Positions 29,508-38,052 of a DNA stretch of 38,052 bases are shown here, piece after piece. Each line of letters opens with the position of its first letter. The first letter of the stretch is position 1. The translations under genes were made by a program, and so were the position numbers. Below the pieces are notes generated by a model, which saw only the letters and a program-made list of their open reading frames with translations, was not told the origin of the DNA and searched no databases. The stretch is from Chloroflexi bacterium GWC2_73_18. GTDB taxonomy: Bacteria > Chloroflexota > Limnocylindria > Limnocylindrales > CSP1-4. The stretch covers positions 34,547 through 72,598 of the forward strand of contig MGMJ01000050.1 of the NCBI GenBank assembly GCA_001794945.1. The letters run 5' to 3'.

Positions 29508-30643
29508 GGAGGGCTACCCGCGTCCGACTCGACCCGTCCCGGCGTCACCCGCCAGCGCGTGGCATGGCCGATCAGCTCGCGATCGAGCTCGGCCAGCGTG
29601 GTCGTGGTCAGAAACGCCTGCGGCAGCGCCAGGATGCGACGGGCGAGGTGGGCACGGCGGAGCGGGTCGAGCTCGGAGAAGACGTCATCGAGCAGCAGGA
29701 GCGGCGGCGAGCCATTCACCGCCGCGAGCAGTTCGAGCTCGGCCAGCTTGAGGGCGAGGATGGCGGCGCGCTGCTGGCCGCGGGAGGCGAACTCGGGGAG
29801 CGAGCGGCCGTCGAGCTCGAAGACGATGTCGTCGCGATGGGGGCCGACGAGCGTCGCCCCGTTCCAGATCTCCTTCTCGGCAGTCTCGGCGAGGCGCCGC
29901 CGGAGGGCGTCGCGGGGCGACTCGCCGCGAGCCGCGTCTGGTGGCGCGTTCGTCTCGTAGCGGAGCGCCAGGCGCCCCTCGCCGGGGGCGATCTCAGCGT
30001 AGGCGGCGGCCAGCCCTCCGGCAAGGTCCGTCAGCAGGGCCAGGCGCGCCTCGACGATCGCGCCTCCCTCCTCGACGATGGCGCGGTCCCAGAAGGCGAG
30101 CTCCGTCCGCTCGGCCGTCCCCTCGCGGATCGCCCGGACGAGGCCGTTGCGCTGCTGGAGGGCGCGCCCGTAGGTCGCCAGGGCCCGTGCGTGGCCGGGC
30201 GAGCGCTGGGCGCCGAGCTCGTCGAGCTCGGCGCGCCGGAGCGCCGGTGCGCCAGTGACGAGGAGCATGTGCTCGGGCGCGAAGAGGACGATGCGGAACG
30301 TCTCGGCCAGGCGGGAGGCGCGGCGCGGAACGCCATTGACGCGCAGTCGCTTGCGGCCACCGCGGAAGGGCTCGCGGGCGACGACCAGCTCGATCTCCGC
30401 CCCTGCGCCGCCGTCGCCCCTCACCGTCCCGAGGATGCGGGTGAAGGGGCGCCCCCAGGCGATCAGCTCGAGGTCGCTGCCGGCGCGGTGGGACCGCCCC
30501 AGGGCGAGCGTGACGAGCGCCTCGATCAGGTTGGTCTTGCCGGCCGCGTTCTCGCCCCAGAGGATCTGGGGGCCCGTGCCGAACTCCACCTCGAGACGGG
30601 GGTAGCTGCGCAGGTCGGTCAGCGACAGATGGGCGATCCGCAT
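29504..30643 (-). CDS. recF: DNA replication/repair protein RecF
   Basis: GENAAGKTNLIEAL (Walker A), GPHRDD, ASRGQQR, LLLLDDVFSELD. ATG at 30643. Confidence 0.97.
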   Translation of the reverse strand: MRIAHLSLTDLRSYPRLEVEFGTGPQILWGENAAGKTNLIEALVTLALGRSHRAGSDLELIAWGRPFTRILGTVRGDGGAGAEIELVVAREPFRGGRKRLRVNGVPRRASRLAETFRIVLFAPEHMLLVTGAPALRRAELDELGAQRSPGHARALATYGRALQQRNGLVRAIREGTAERTELAFWDRAIVEEGGAIVEARLALLTDLAGGLAAAYAEIAPGEGRLALRYETNAPPDAARGESPRDALRRRLAETAEKEIWNGATLVGPHRDDIVFELDGRSLPEFASRGQQRAAILALKLAELELLAAVNGSPPLLLLDDVFSELDPLRRAHLARRILALPQAFLTTTTLAELDRELIGHATRWRVTPGRVESDAGSPP

Positions 30644-30671
30644 CGCGGGTGCGTGCGGGGCCGCAGCCGCG

Positions 30672-31790
30672 TCAGGAGGCGGTGCGGACGGGCATGATGA
30701 CGTGCACGTAGTCGTCGTCCCCGACCGGGCGGATGACACCCGGGGAGAGCGGGCCGCTCAGCTCGAGCCCGATCTGCTCGGCGTCGACGTTCTGCAGCAC
30801 GTCGGTCAGGTAGCGGGCGTTGAAGGCGATCGTGGTCCCGTCGCCCTCGACCTTCGCCTCGACCTCGCCCTGGTTGTCGCCGACATCGGCGGCTGCGGTC
30901 ACCATGACGGCGGCCGCGCCGTCGGACGGGACGGAGAGCTTGACCACGTTCGCCGAGGCGCTGGCGATGTAGCTCGCCAGGCGGACGGCCTCGAGCAGCT
31001 CAGCCCGTTCCATCTCCGCCCGCGTGGTGTGGGACGTCGGCAGGATCTGCTGGTAGTTGGGAAACTGCCCGTCGATCAGCCGCGAGACGAGGTCGATCCC
31101 CTCGTCGAGGTGGAAGAGGACCTGGTTGCGGGCCGGGGCAAGGACGATGTCGATCGGGTCGTCCGAGTCCGCCAGGATCCGCGAGAGCTCGGTATAGGAG
31201 CGGGCCGGCACGACGATGGTCGTCTCCTCGACCGGGTCGAGCGCGCCGATCGTCCTGACGCTGATCCGGTAGTTGTCGGCGGCGGCCAGGGTGATCCGGT
31301 CGCCCGAGAACCGCGTCAGAACGCCGGTCAGGATCGGCCGGGCCTCGTCGGTGGCGGCGGCGAATGTGACCTGGGCAAGCGCCGCCTTGAGCACCTTCTG
31401 GGAAACGCGCGTCGTCGGGCGCTCGCCGGCCGTCGGGATGGCCGGAAACTCGTCGGCGTCGATCCCCTTGATGTGGGCCTCGTAGCGGCCGCAGCGAAGG
31501 TGGATCGTGTCACCCTGGAGTTCGAGGTCGATCGCCGGTTGTGCCGGGAGCGTGTTGACGAAGTCGGTGAAGAGCTTGGCGGGGACGGTGATCGCGCCGT
31601 CGGCATCGATCCTGCCCGGGACCCAGTAGGTGACACCGATCTCCAGGTTGGTGGCGGTCAGCTTGAGCCCGGCATCCTCGGTACGCAGCAGTACGTTGCC
31701 GAGGACCGGGAGGCTGCTCCGCGCGCTGACGGCCCGGCTCACCACCTGGAGCCCCCGCGCCAGGTTCTCCTGTACGACCGAAAGCTTCAC
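30672..31790 (-). CDS. dnaN: DNA polymerase III beta sliding clamp
   Basis: LPVLGNVLL, ATNLE, RPILTGV, SRLIDGQFPNY, IAFNARYL, IMPVR. Confidence 0.98.
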   Translation of the reverse strand: MKLSVVQENLARGLQVVSRAVSARSSLPVLGNVLLRTEDAGLKLTATNLEIGVTYWVPGRIDADGAITVPAKLFTDFVNTLPAQPAIDLELQGDTIHLRCGRYEAHIKGIDADEFPAIPTAGERPTTRVSQKVLKAALAQVTFAAATDEARPILTGVLTRFSGDRITLAAADNYRISVRTIGALDPVEETTIVVPARSYTELSRILADSDDPIDIVLAPARNQVLFHLDEGIDLVSRLIDGQFPNYQQILPTSHTTRAEMERAELLEAVRLASYIASASANVVKLSVPSDGAAAVMVTAAADVGDNQGEVEAKVEGDGTTIAFNARYLTDVLQNVDAEQIGLELSGPLSPGVIRPVGDDDYVHVIMPVRTAS

Positions 31791-32056
31791 GGCAGATCCG
31801 CTCCCCTGGATGATCGACGATGAGTCTTGGTCAATCTTCTCACGTTCATCGTCGTAGTCATAAGGCCGTTGAGCGTGTGGATGCCCGTGCCTGGTGGCGC
31901 TCCCCGCGCCGGTGGACTGGTGGCCGCAGCGGTGTGCAGAACAGACTTACCGACGTGGAGATCCGGCGAACCGGCCGGGTCGCCGCGTGGATGCAGCCCG
32001 CCCCCGAAAGCCGGCTTCCCACGAAGGCCCGAGGCCCGCCGAGAGGGGCGGGCGCA
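31791..32056. other. oriC (dnaA-dnaN intergenic unwinding region)
   Basis: Non-coding gap between dnaA and dnaN. Degenerate DnaA boxes at 31876-31884, 31933-31941, 31954-31962 and 31986-31994. GGCC at 31864-31867 is followed by a trinucleotide array at 31846-31863 and an AT-richer stretch. Confidence 0.75.
32034..32053 (-). terminator. GC hairpin immediately downstream of the dnaA stop (no U-tract)
   Basis: GCCCGCC-N6-GGCGGGC, 3 nt from the stop codon. Confidence 0.3.
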
Positions 32057-33403
32057 TCAGTCGGCGTAGATCAACTCCCGGAGGGCCGAGAGGTCGCGGC
32101 GGAGCTCGTCGTTCTCCGTCGTCTCGCGCCCGATCTTGTCACAGGCGTGGAGCACCGTGGAGTGGTCGCGGCCACCCAGCTCGGCGCCGATACGCAGGAG
32201 GGACGCGTCGGTCTCCTCGCGTATCAGGTACATGGCGATGTGGCGCGGCACGACGATCGACTTATCGCGGCGTTGACCGCGCAGCGCCTCGGGCTCGACC
32301 CCGTAGTAGTCGGCCACGGCCTGGGCGATGCGCTCGGGCGTCACCACTCGCTTCTTCGGGTTGTAGAGGACGTTGGAGAGGACCGCCTGGGCTAGATCGA
32401 TGCCGATCGGCATGGCGCCCATCGAGGCGTAGGCGACGATCCGGTTGAGGGCGCCCTCGAGTTCGCGGATGTTCGAACTGATCTTGCGGGCGATGAACTC
32501 GATGACGTCCGAGCTGATCGGTACCGACTGCTCTTCCGCCTTGGCCCGCAGGATGGCGATGCGCGTCTCGAGGTCGGGCGTCGTCAGGTCGGCGATCAGG
32601 CCCCATTCGAAGCGGCTGCGAAGCCGTTCCTCCAGGGTCATGATCTGCTTGGGCGGTCGGTCGGACGAGAGGACGATCTGCTTGCCGTCCTCGTGGATCG
32701 CGTTGAAGGTGTGGAAGAACTCCTCCTGGGTCCGCTCTTTGTCGGCGATGAACTGGATGTCGTCGATGAGCAGCAGGTCGATCCTCCGATAGCGGTTCCG
32801 GAAGTCATCCACCTTGCCCTGCTGGATGCTCGTGATGAACTCGTTGGTGAACTTCTCGCTGGTGGCGTAGACGACCTTCTTGCGCGGGAACCTGGCGATC
32901 ACCTGGTTGCCGATGGCATGCATCAGGTGGGTCTTGCCGAGCCCCACGCCGCCGTAGAGGAAGAGCGGGTTGTAGGCATGGCCGGGTCGCTCTGCGACCG
33001 AGAGGCTGGCCGCGTGCGCCAAACGGTTGGCCGAGCCCACGATGAAGTTGGCGAAGGTGTAGCGCGGGTTGATGTTGGAGGCGCTCACCTCGCCGGGCGG
33101 ACGGGCCGGCTCGAGGCGGACGGGGGCGCTCGTCGGCGTCCCGTTGCCGGCCCCCGCGGGCTCCCGTACGACGAACTCGACCTGGACGCTGTAGCCGACG
33201 ACACGGGCCAGGGTCTGGCTGATGAGCGAGCGGTAGCGCCGCTCCAGGTAGTCCTTGGCGAACCCGTTGTTGACGCCCACCCGGAAGCGGTTGTCGTCGA
33301 CCTCGATCAGCTGCGTGTCACGCAGCCACGTCTCGAAGTTCGCCGGGGAGAGAGAGACCTGCAGCTCGCCGAGCGCTGCGCGCCAGACCTGCTTCGCGTC
33401 CAT
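32057..33403 (-). CDS. dnaA: chromosomal replication initiator DnaA
   Basis: YNPLFLYGGVGLGKTHL, LLLIDDIQF, RLRSRFEWGL, NIRELEGAL, GGRDHSTVLHA. ATG at 33403. Confidence 0.99.
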   Translation of the reverse strand: MDAKQVWRAALGELQVSLSPANFETWLRDTQLIEVDDNRFRVGVNNGFAKDYLERRYRSLISQTLARVVGYSVQVEFVVREPAGAGNGTPTSAPVRLEPARPPGEVSASNINPRYTFANFIVGSANRLAHAASLSVAERPGHAYNPLFLYGGVGLGKTHLMHAIGNQVIARFPRKKVVYATSEKFTNEFITSIQQGKVDDFRNRYRRIDLLLIDDIQFIADKERTQEEFFHTFNAIHEDGKQIVLSSDRPPKQIMTLEERLRSRFEWGLIADLTTPDLETRIAILRAKAEEQSVPISSDVIEFIARKISSNIRELEGALNRIVAYASMGAMPIGIDLAQAVLSNVLYNPKKRVVTPERIAQAVADYYGVEPEALRGQRRDKSIVVPRHIAMYLIREETDASLLRIGAELGGRDHSTVLHACDKIGRETTENDELRRDLSALRELIYAD

Positions 33404-33622
33404 CGAACCGAACGTCCCCGACTTGACACTGGGTTGTGTGGTGATCGGACTCCCCGGGATGTCCGATCCGGCGCGCTCGAGGTCCACGGTGCGAGTCGCC
33501 TCGAGCCCCGGCTGGTGGCGGACGATCGTGCCGGCCACCGGGTCGCCACGATCGCCCAGGGCCCTCGCCGGTAGCCATCCCGGAGGGGCTGCCACCGGCG
33601 TCCCGGCGCTGGAGGCCGGGTT

Positions 33623-33651
33623 ACTGTAGCACCGGCCCCGGGGCGCCGCAA
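33623..33651 (-). promoter_or_regulatory. probable dnaA promoter
   Basis: Minus strand TTGCGG (33646-33651), 17 nt, then TACAGT (33623-33628) with a TG extension. Confidence 0.55.
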
Positions 33652-33656
33652 CCCGA

Positions 33657-33687
33657 ATCCATGATACTCCTGGGGAGTATCATGGAT
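33657..33687. repeat. perfect 14-3-14 inverted repeat ATCCATGATACTCC-TGG-GGAGTATCATGGAT
   Basis: Read directly from the sequence. Confidence 0.9.
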
Positions 33688-33773
33688 CAGGCGACCGGGT
33701 CGCCCGGCTCGGCGCCCGCGTCGACCCCGAGGAGGGGGATCCGGCCGTCCCGAGCGAGGGCGCCGATGCGCCT

Positions 33774-33803
33774 TTGACACCCCCTCCGCTCGCTCCATAT
33801 AAT
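33774..33803 (+). promoter_or_regulatory. consensus sigma70 promoter of the rpmH operon
   Basis: TTGACA (33774-33779), 18 nt, TATAAT (33798-33803). Confidence 0.9.
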
Positions 33804-33924
33804 CGCGCGGACCTGTGACGCGCCGACACGCCTCTCCGGCGACTGGCGCGTCGTGGCTCTCCAGGGGCCCACGCGGCGAGATGGACGCCCCGCCACCCAC
33901 ACCGGAAGGATCGCGCCACCATCG

Positions 33925-34059
33925 ATGAAGCAGACCTACCAGCCGAAGAAGCGGCACCGGGCGCGCGAGCACGGTTTCCGCGCGCGGATGAAGACGAGGG
34001 GCGGACGCCGGGTGATCGCCACGCGGCGGGCGAAGGGGCGCAAGCGGCTGAGCGCCTGA
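33925..34059 (+). CDS. rpmH: 50S ribosomal protein L34
   Basis: [44 protein letters not shown]. Confidence 0.99.
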   Translation: MKQTYQPKKRHRAREHGFRARMKTRGGRRVIATRRAKGRKRLSA

Positions 34060-34088
34060 CGGTCGCGGCCCGGCCACGACCGCCCGAG

Positions 34089-34424
34089 ATGCTGCGCCAT
34101 CCCAGGGAGATCTCGGCGGTGCAGCGGTCGGGGACGGGCAAGACCCATCCGCTCCTGCTCGGCCGGTTTCTCGCCAACGGCCTGGGGCGGACCCGCATCG
34201 CGCTCTCGACCGGTCGCAGACTGGGCGGCGCGGTCGTGCGCAACCGCGTGCGACGTCGGCTCCGCGAGGGCCTGCGGGCCCTCGCACCGGGGTTCGACCC
34301 CGGGTGGGACATCCTGATCGTCGCGCGACCGGAGAGCGCGACGGCCGGTTCGCGCGAGCTGCGGGCGGCGCTGGGAGAACTCCTCCGCCGGGGAGGAGTG
34401 CTGGGAGAACGAAGCGGATCGTGA
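34089..34424 (+). CDS. rnpA: ribonuclease P protein component
   Basis: [15 protein letters not shown] (RNR motif), GWDILIVAR; follows rpmH. Confidence 0.95.
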   Translation: MLRHPREISAVQRSGTGKTHPLLLGRFLANGLGRTRIALSTGRRLGGAVVRNRVRRRLREGLRALAPGFDPGWDILIVARPESATAGSRELRAALGELLRRGGVLGERSGS

Positions 34425-34627
34425 AGCTGCTGGGGTTCGGCATCATCAAGACCTACCGGCTCGCCTTCTCATGGCTGCCGCCCGTCTGCCGCTACGAGCC
34501 GAGCTGCTCCGAGTACACGTACCAGGCGATCGCCCGCTACGGCTTCTTCCGGGGCTGGTGGATGGGCTTCAGGCGGATCGCTCGCTGCGCGCCCTGGCAC
34601 CCGGGCGGCTTCGACCCTGTACCGTGA
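34421..34627 (+). CDS. yidD: membrane protein insertion efficiency factor YidD
   Basis: [35 protein letters not shown] at 34421. Confidence 0.95.
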   Translation: MKLLGFGIIKTYRLAFSWLPPVCRYEPSCSEYTYQAIARYGFFRGWWMGFRRIARCAPWHPGGFDPVP

Positions 34628-35952
34628 CGACCAGCACGACCGTTTCCGGCGACACACCCAGCGTGGGCGCGCACCGCCGGCGCGTGCGCGGCGCCGTCCT
34701 CCTCCTCGGTGGCCTCGCCTTCGCGCTCCTGCTGGCCGCCGGGGGGCCGGCCGCCGCGGAGAGCCCCTCGCCGGTCGCGACCTCGACCCCGGCTCCCTCC
34801 GCCACCCCGGCTCCCTCCCCCTCGCCGCTGCCGGGCGGCGCGACGCCCGCGCCCTGCCCCATCCCGACCCCGGGTCTCACCCCGACGCCCGCGCCGGGCA
34901 CGACGCCCGCCCCCACGCCCCCGCCCAACCTCTGTCCCGCACCCGGCCCCGGTGACCCGGGCTTCGACCCCATCACCGGGCTCCTCTCCTGGCTCTTCAC
35001 GCCGATCTTCCAGGCGATCTTCCTCGCCCTCGTGCTCATCTACAACCTGGTGGGCGACATCGGCATCGCCATCGTCGTGCTGACGGTGGCGATCCGCCTC
35101 GTCCTGGTGCCGCTCTTCCGCAAGCAGATCGTCTCGCAGCGACGCATGCAGACGCTCCAGCCGGAGCTGCGGGCGATCCAGCAGAAGTACCGCGGCGACC
35201 GGGCACGCATCTCCCAGGAGCAGATGCGCCTCTACCAGGAGCGCGGCGTCAACCCGACCGCCGGCTGCCTGCCGACGATCCTGCAGCTGGCGCTCCTCTT
35301 CCCCATGTACTACGCCTTCAGCCAGGGGCTGCAGGCGCCCAACATCGACTCGCTGCTGCACGTCTTCGGCGTGCAGGTCACCAGCGTCGCCTGCTACGCG
35401 GCGACCGACCCGCTCGCCGGCTGCATCGACCCGACCGTGCGCTGGCTCTTCGACCTGAACGCGGCGAAGCCGGAGGTCATCTTCAACCCGTTCAACCCGG
35501 CCAACCCCGCCAGCATCGGCGGCATCAGCCTGCTGGCCATCCTCTCCGCCTTCCTGCAGCTCGTCCAGACCCGGATGGTGACGCCGAAGACAGACGATCC
35601 GCAGACCCGCACACAGCAGCGGATGTTCCTCTTCCTGCCGCTCATCTCGCTGGTCTACGGCGGGATCTTCCCGGCCGGGCTCTTCCTCTACTGGATCGTC
35701 ACCACCATCTTCTCCATCGTCCAGCAATACCTGATCGTCGGATTCGGGTCCCTCTTCCCCCTCTTCGGATGGACGCCGCGGTTCGCCCTCGAGCACACTC
35801 CGCGCTTCGCGGTCACGGCCGAGCATCGGCCGCCGAGTGGCGGACCGCAGCCGGCCACCGGGCCGCGCGGCAGCGCGGCCGACCGGGCCGCCGGTACCAT
35901 CCGTCCATCGAGGGTGCGGGGACGGACCAGCCGACGGGGGAGGCGTCGATGA
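34624..35952 (+). CDS. yidC: membrane protein insertase YidC
   Basis: [53 protein letters not shown] at 34624. Confidence 0.95.
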   Translation: MTTSTTVSGDTPSVGAHRRRVRGAVLLLGGLAFALLLAAGGPAAAESPSPVATSTPAPSATPAPSPSPLPGGATPAPCPIPTPGLTPTPAPGTTPAPTPPPNLCPAPGPGDPGFDPITGLLSWLFTPIFQAIFLALVLIYNLVGDIGIAIVVLTVAIRLVLVPLFRKQIVSQRRMQTLQPELRAIQQKYRGDRARISQEQMRLYQERGVNPTAGCLPTILQLALLFPMYYAFSQGLQAPNIDSLLHVFGVQVTSVACYAATDPLAGCIDPTVRWLFDLNAAKPEVIFNPFNPANPASIGGISLLAILSAFLQLVQTRMVTPKTDDPQTRTQQRMFLFLPLISLVYGGIFPAGLFLYWIVTTIFSIVQQYLIVGFGSLFPLFGWTPRFALEHTPRFAVTAEHRPPSGGPQPATGPRGSAADRAAGTIRPSRVRGRTSRRGRRR

Positions 35953-36950
35953 GCGAATACCGTGAGTTCACCGGGAAGACCGTGGAGGAGGCGCTGCGCC
36001 AAGCGCGGGACGCCTTCGGGGTCGCCAACCTGGACGACCTCGATTTCGAGATCCTCTCGCCCGGCAGCCGTGGCGTCCTGGGCATGGGCACCGAGCCGGC
36101 GCGCATCGTGGCCGCGCCGCGCGCCGCCCTTGGCGGCGCCGCGCCACGTCGCGAGGCCGCCGCCGCCGCACCGTTGCCCCCGCCGCCGCCCCGCCACGAG
36201 CGCGAGGGGGGTCGGGAGCGTGGGCGTGGGGGCGAGCGGCCCTTCCGGGACGAGCGACCCCGCCGCGAGGAGCACGAACCGCGCCGCGAGGAACGACCGC
36301 GGGGACCCCGCCGCGAGGAGCGCGGACCCGCGCCCCGACGGGACGAGGGACGGCCCGTCAGCCGATCGGGGCTCGACGCCGTGGTCGCCGGCGCCGCCGT
36401 TTCCCCGGGGGAGGAGGCGATGGTCCAGGCGGCCCGCGCGTCGCTGACCGCAGAGCGCGAGGAGCTGCAGGCGGCGACCGCCTCGCCCGAGGCGCTGCAG
36501 GCCGGCCAGGTGATCCTGGCCGCCCTGATGGCCCACCTCGGTTACGAGGTGCGCGTCGAGATCAGCGCCGGAGAGACGTCCCGGCTGGAGGTCTACGGCG
36601 CCAACGACACCGAGCGCCGCGCCCTCGGCGCGCTGATCGGCCGCAAGGGCGAGCGCCTCTCCGCGCTCCAGCACCTGCTCAACCTGATGCTCTCCAAGCA
36701 GATCGGCCACTGGACCCGCCTCCTCGTGGACGTGGAGGGCTACCGCGGCCGCCGCGAGCATCAGTTGCGCGAGATCGCGCTCCGGGCCGCGGCGCGCGTC
36801 ATCGAGACCGGCAAGATGCTCCAGCTCGAGGCGATGCCGGCGCTCGAGCGCCGCTGGATCCACCTCGCCCTCCGGGAGCACCCGTCCGTGTCGACGCAGT
36901 CGATCGGCGAGGAGCCAGAGCGGCGCGTCGTCGTCCTGCCGCGCGGCTGA
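35949..36950 (+). CDS. jag: RNA-binding protein Jag/EloR (KhpB): Jag_N, KH and R3H domains
   Basis: EFTGKTVEEAL, LIGRKGERLSALQ, VDVEGYR, ERRWIH, SIGEEPERRVVV. Confidence 0.95.
   Translation: MSEYREFTGKTVEEALRQARDAFGVANLDDLDFEILSPGSRGVLGMGTEPARIVAAPRAALGGAAPRREAAAAAPLPPPPPRHEREGGRERGRGGERPFRDERPRREEHEPRREERPRGPRREERGPAPRRDEGRPVSRSGLDAVVAGAAVSPGEEAMVQAARASLTAEREELQAATASPEALQAGQVILAALMAHLGYEVRVEISAGETSRLEVYGANDTERRALGALIGRKGERLSALQHLLNLMLSKQIGHWTRLLVDVEGYRGRREHQLREIALRAAARVIETGKMLQLEAMPALERRWIHLALREHPSVSTQSIGEEPERRVVVLPRG
36256..36321 (+). repeat. 18-bp direct repeat GACCCCGCCGCGAGGAGC (two exact copies, one degenerate copy between) encoding PRREE units in the Jag linker
   Basis: Exact copies at 36256-36273 and 36304-36321. 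Confidence 0.7.
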
Positions 36951-37123
36951 CCGATGGCCGGGGGGGCCCCTCCCGTACGGGCGTGGCGTGAGGGGTCCGT
37001 AACGCCAACGCGACGCTCAGCGTCTATGCTGCGCCTCGCCCGATGGGACGAGTCGCCGGTGCCGGGCGACCGAAAGTGCGGCTAGGCACCATTCCGGGGA
37101 GCATCTAGAATGCGGGGCCTGTC

Positions 37124-38052
37124 ATGACCGACGAACCGCTCGCCCTCGATACCGGGACGCTCGATGCTGCGGGGGCGGCGCGCGCCGGCTCGAGCTGGCT
37201 CCGCCTCATCGCCGCCTTCCTCGCCACGACGCTCGCCGGCGTGCTGCTGGCGGTCGGTCTGCTGGCGGCGATCCAGGTCGCCTATGCCGGCAAGGTCCTC
37301 CCCGGCGTGCGCGTCGGCGGTGTCGATCTCTCCGGGCTTGATCGCGCCGCGGCCGCGGCGCGCCTCGACGCGTCGCTGACCGCCCTCGACGGCGGCCACG
37401 TCACGCTGGCGCTCGGACGGCAGGGGATCGCCCTCGGTCAGGCCGCGCTCGGCCGCGGCTACGACACCGAGACGATGCTGGACGCCGCCTTTGCCGTCGG
37501 CCGGAGCGGCGACCTGGTCGCGCGCGCCTCCGACCAGCTCTACGCGATGGGCCGTGGCACCGACCTCGGGGTCCGCGTCCGCTGGGACTCGGCGGCGCTC
37601 GAGGCGGAGGTCGCCCGCGCGGCCAACCGGCTCGACCGGCGGCCGACCGATGCCGCCGTCCTGCTCGATGCGGCCGGTCACTTCACCCTCGTTCCGGCGA
37701 CCCACGGCCGCCAGATCGACCGCGCCGCCGCGCTGGAGGCGGTGGCCGAGCTCCTGTCCGACCCGGCCAGCCCGGCCGAGACGACGGTCGAGGTCCATGC
37801 GGCGCCGGTCGCGCCGGCGATCATCACCGAGGTCGCCAGGCTGGCGCGGCTTCGCGCCCAGTGGATGACCGCTCAGGACCTGACGCTGACCGCCGGTGCC
37901 GACAGCTGGACGATCCCCGCCGCGAACCTGCCCCGCTGGATCACCTTCACCCCCGACCGCGGCCAGCTCCGCATCGACGCGGGAGGCACCGCCGCCGAGG
38001 CCGACGTGGCGGTGTTTGGCGACGAAGTGAAGGTCGAGCCGAAGGACGCCAC
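37124..38052 (+). CDS. 3'-truncated membrane-anchored protein with a PG_binding_4-type region (VanW / L,D-transpeptidase-associated)
   Basis: Own translation from the ATG at 37124: MTDEPLALD...TM...YAGKVLPGVRVGGVDLSGLDRAAAAARL; the frame appears open to the window end. TAGAAT at 37106-37111. Confidence 0.7.
   Translation, partial: MTDEPLALDTGTLDAAGAARAGSSWLRLIAAFLATTLAGVLLAVGLLAAIQVAYAGKVLPGVRVGGVDLSGLDRAAAAARLDASLTALDGGHVTLALGRQGIALGQAALGRGYDTETMLDAAFAVGRSGDLVARASDQLYAMGRGTDLGVRVRWDSAALEAEVARAANRLDRRPTDAAVLLDAAGHFTLVPATHGRQIDRAAALEAVAELLSDPASPAETTVEVHAAPVAPAIITEVARLARLRAQWMTAQDLTLTAGADSWTIPAANLPRWITFTPDRGQLRIDAGGTAAEADVAVFGDEVKVEPKDA

Noticed and set aside
33423-33428. TTGACA on the plus strand in the dnaA leader
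   Set aside because: No -10 element at a suitable spacing.
36230-36350. Short direct repeats that might be a CRISPR-like array
   Set aside because: They are in-frame coding repeats (PRREE) within jag, with too few copies and no cas genes.
36951-37123. Possible riboswitch upstream of the VanW-like gene (GTCGCC...GGCGAC hairpin)
   Set aside because: No match to riboswitch consensus motifs I recognise, and a -10 element lies downstream of it. An Rfam scan would settle it.

Overview
A very GC-rich bacterial chromosome segment that spans the replication origin. DnaN/DnaA sequence style and gene content suggest Chloroflexota, possibly Ca. Limnocylindria-like; this is inference, not a database result. 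From left to right: (1) the 3' end of a complex I operon (nuoJKLMN), preceded by a partial gene in which a GltD-type flavin oxidoreductase and NuoG-like Fe-S modules are fused to a NuoI-type C-terminal half; (2) otsB, a TlpA thioredoxin, a sortase-fold protein with Ser in place of the catalytic Cys, and an MFS transporter; (3) an ArsR-led operon resembling phosphatidylinositol mannoside (PIM) biosynthesis (pgsA-ino1-two PatA-like acyltransferases-PHP phosphoesterase-PimA-like GT4); (4) a CAP protein, a ~1620-aa double GT-C fusion (mannosyltransferase + PMT with a large insert), a second GT-C and a polyprenol-P-mannose synthase-like GT2; (5) a DUF151 nuclease, a rhomboid protease and a pseudo-PP2C membrane protein; (6) dciA-recF-dnaN-oriC-dnaA and the divergent rpmH-rnpA-yidD-yidC-jag, then a partial VanW-like gene. 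I found no rRNA, tRNA, CRISPR array or transposase. The best candidates for undescribed biology are the PIM/lipoglycan-like locus (with a candidate PIP phosphatase and a second acyltransferase), the NuoI-fused electron-input module and the Ser-sortase.
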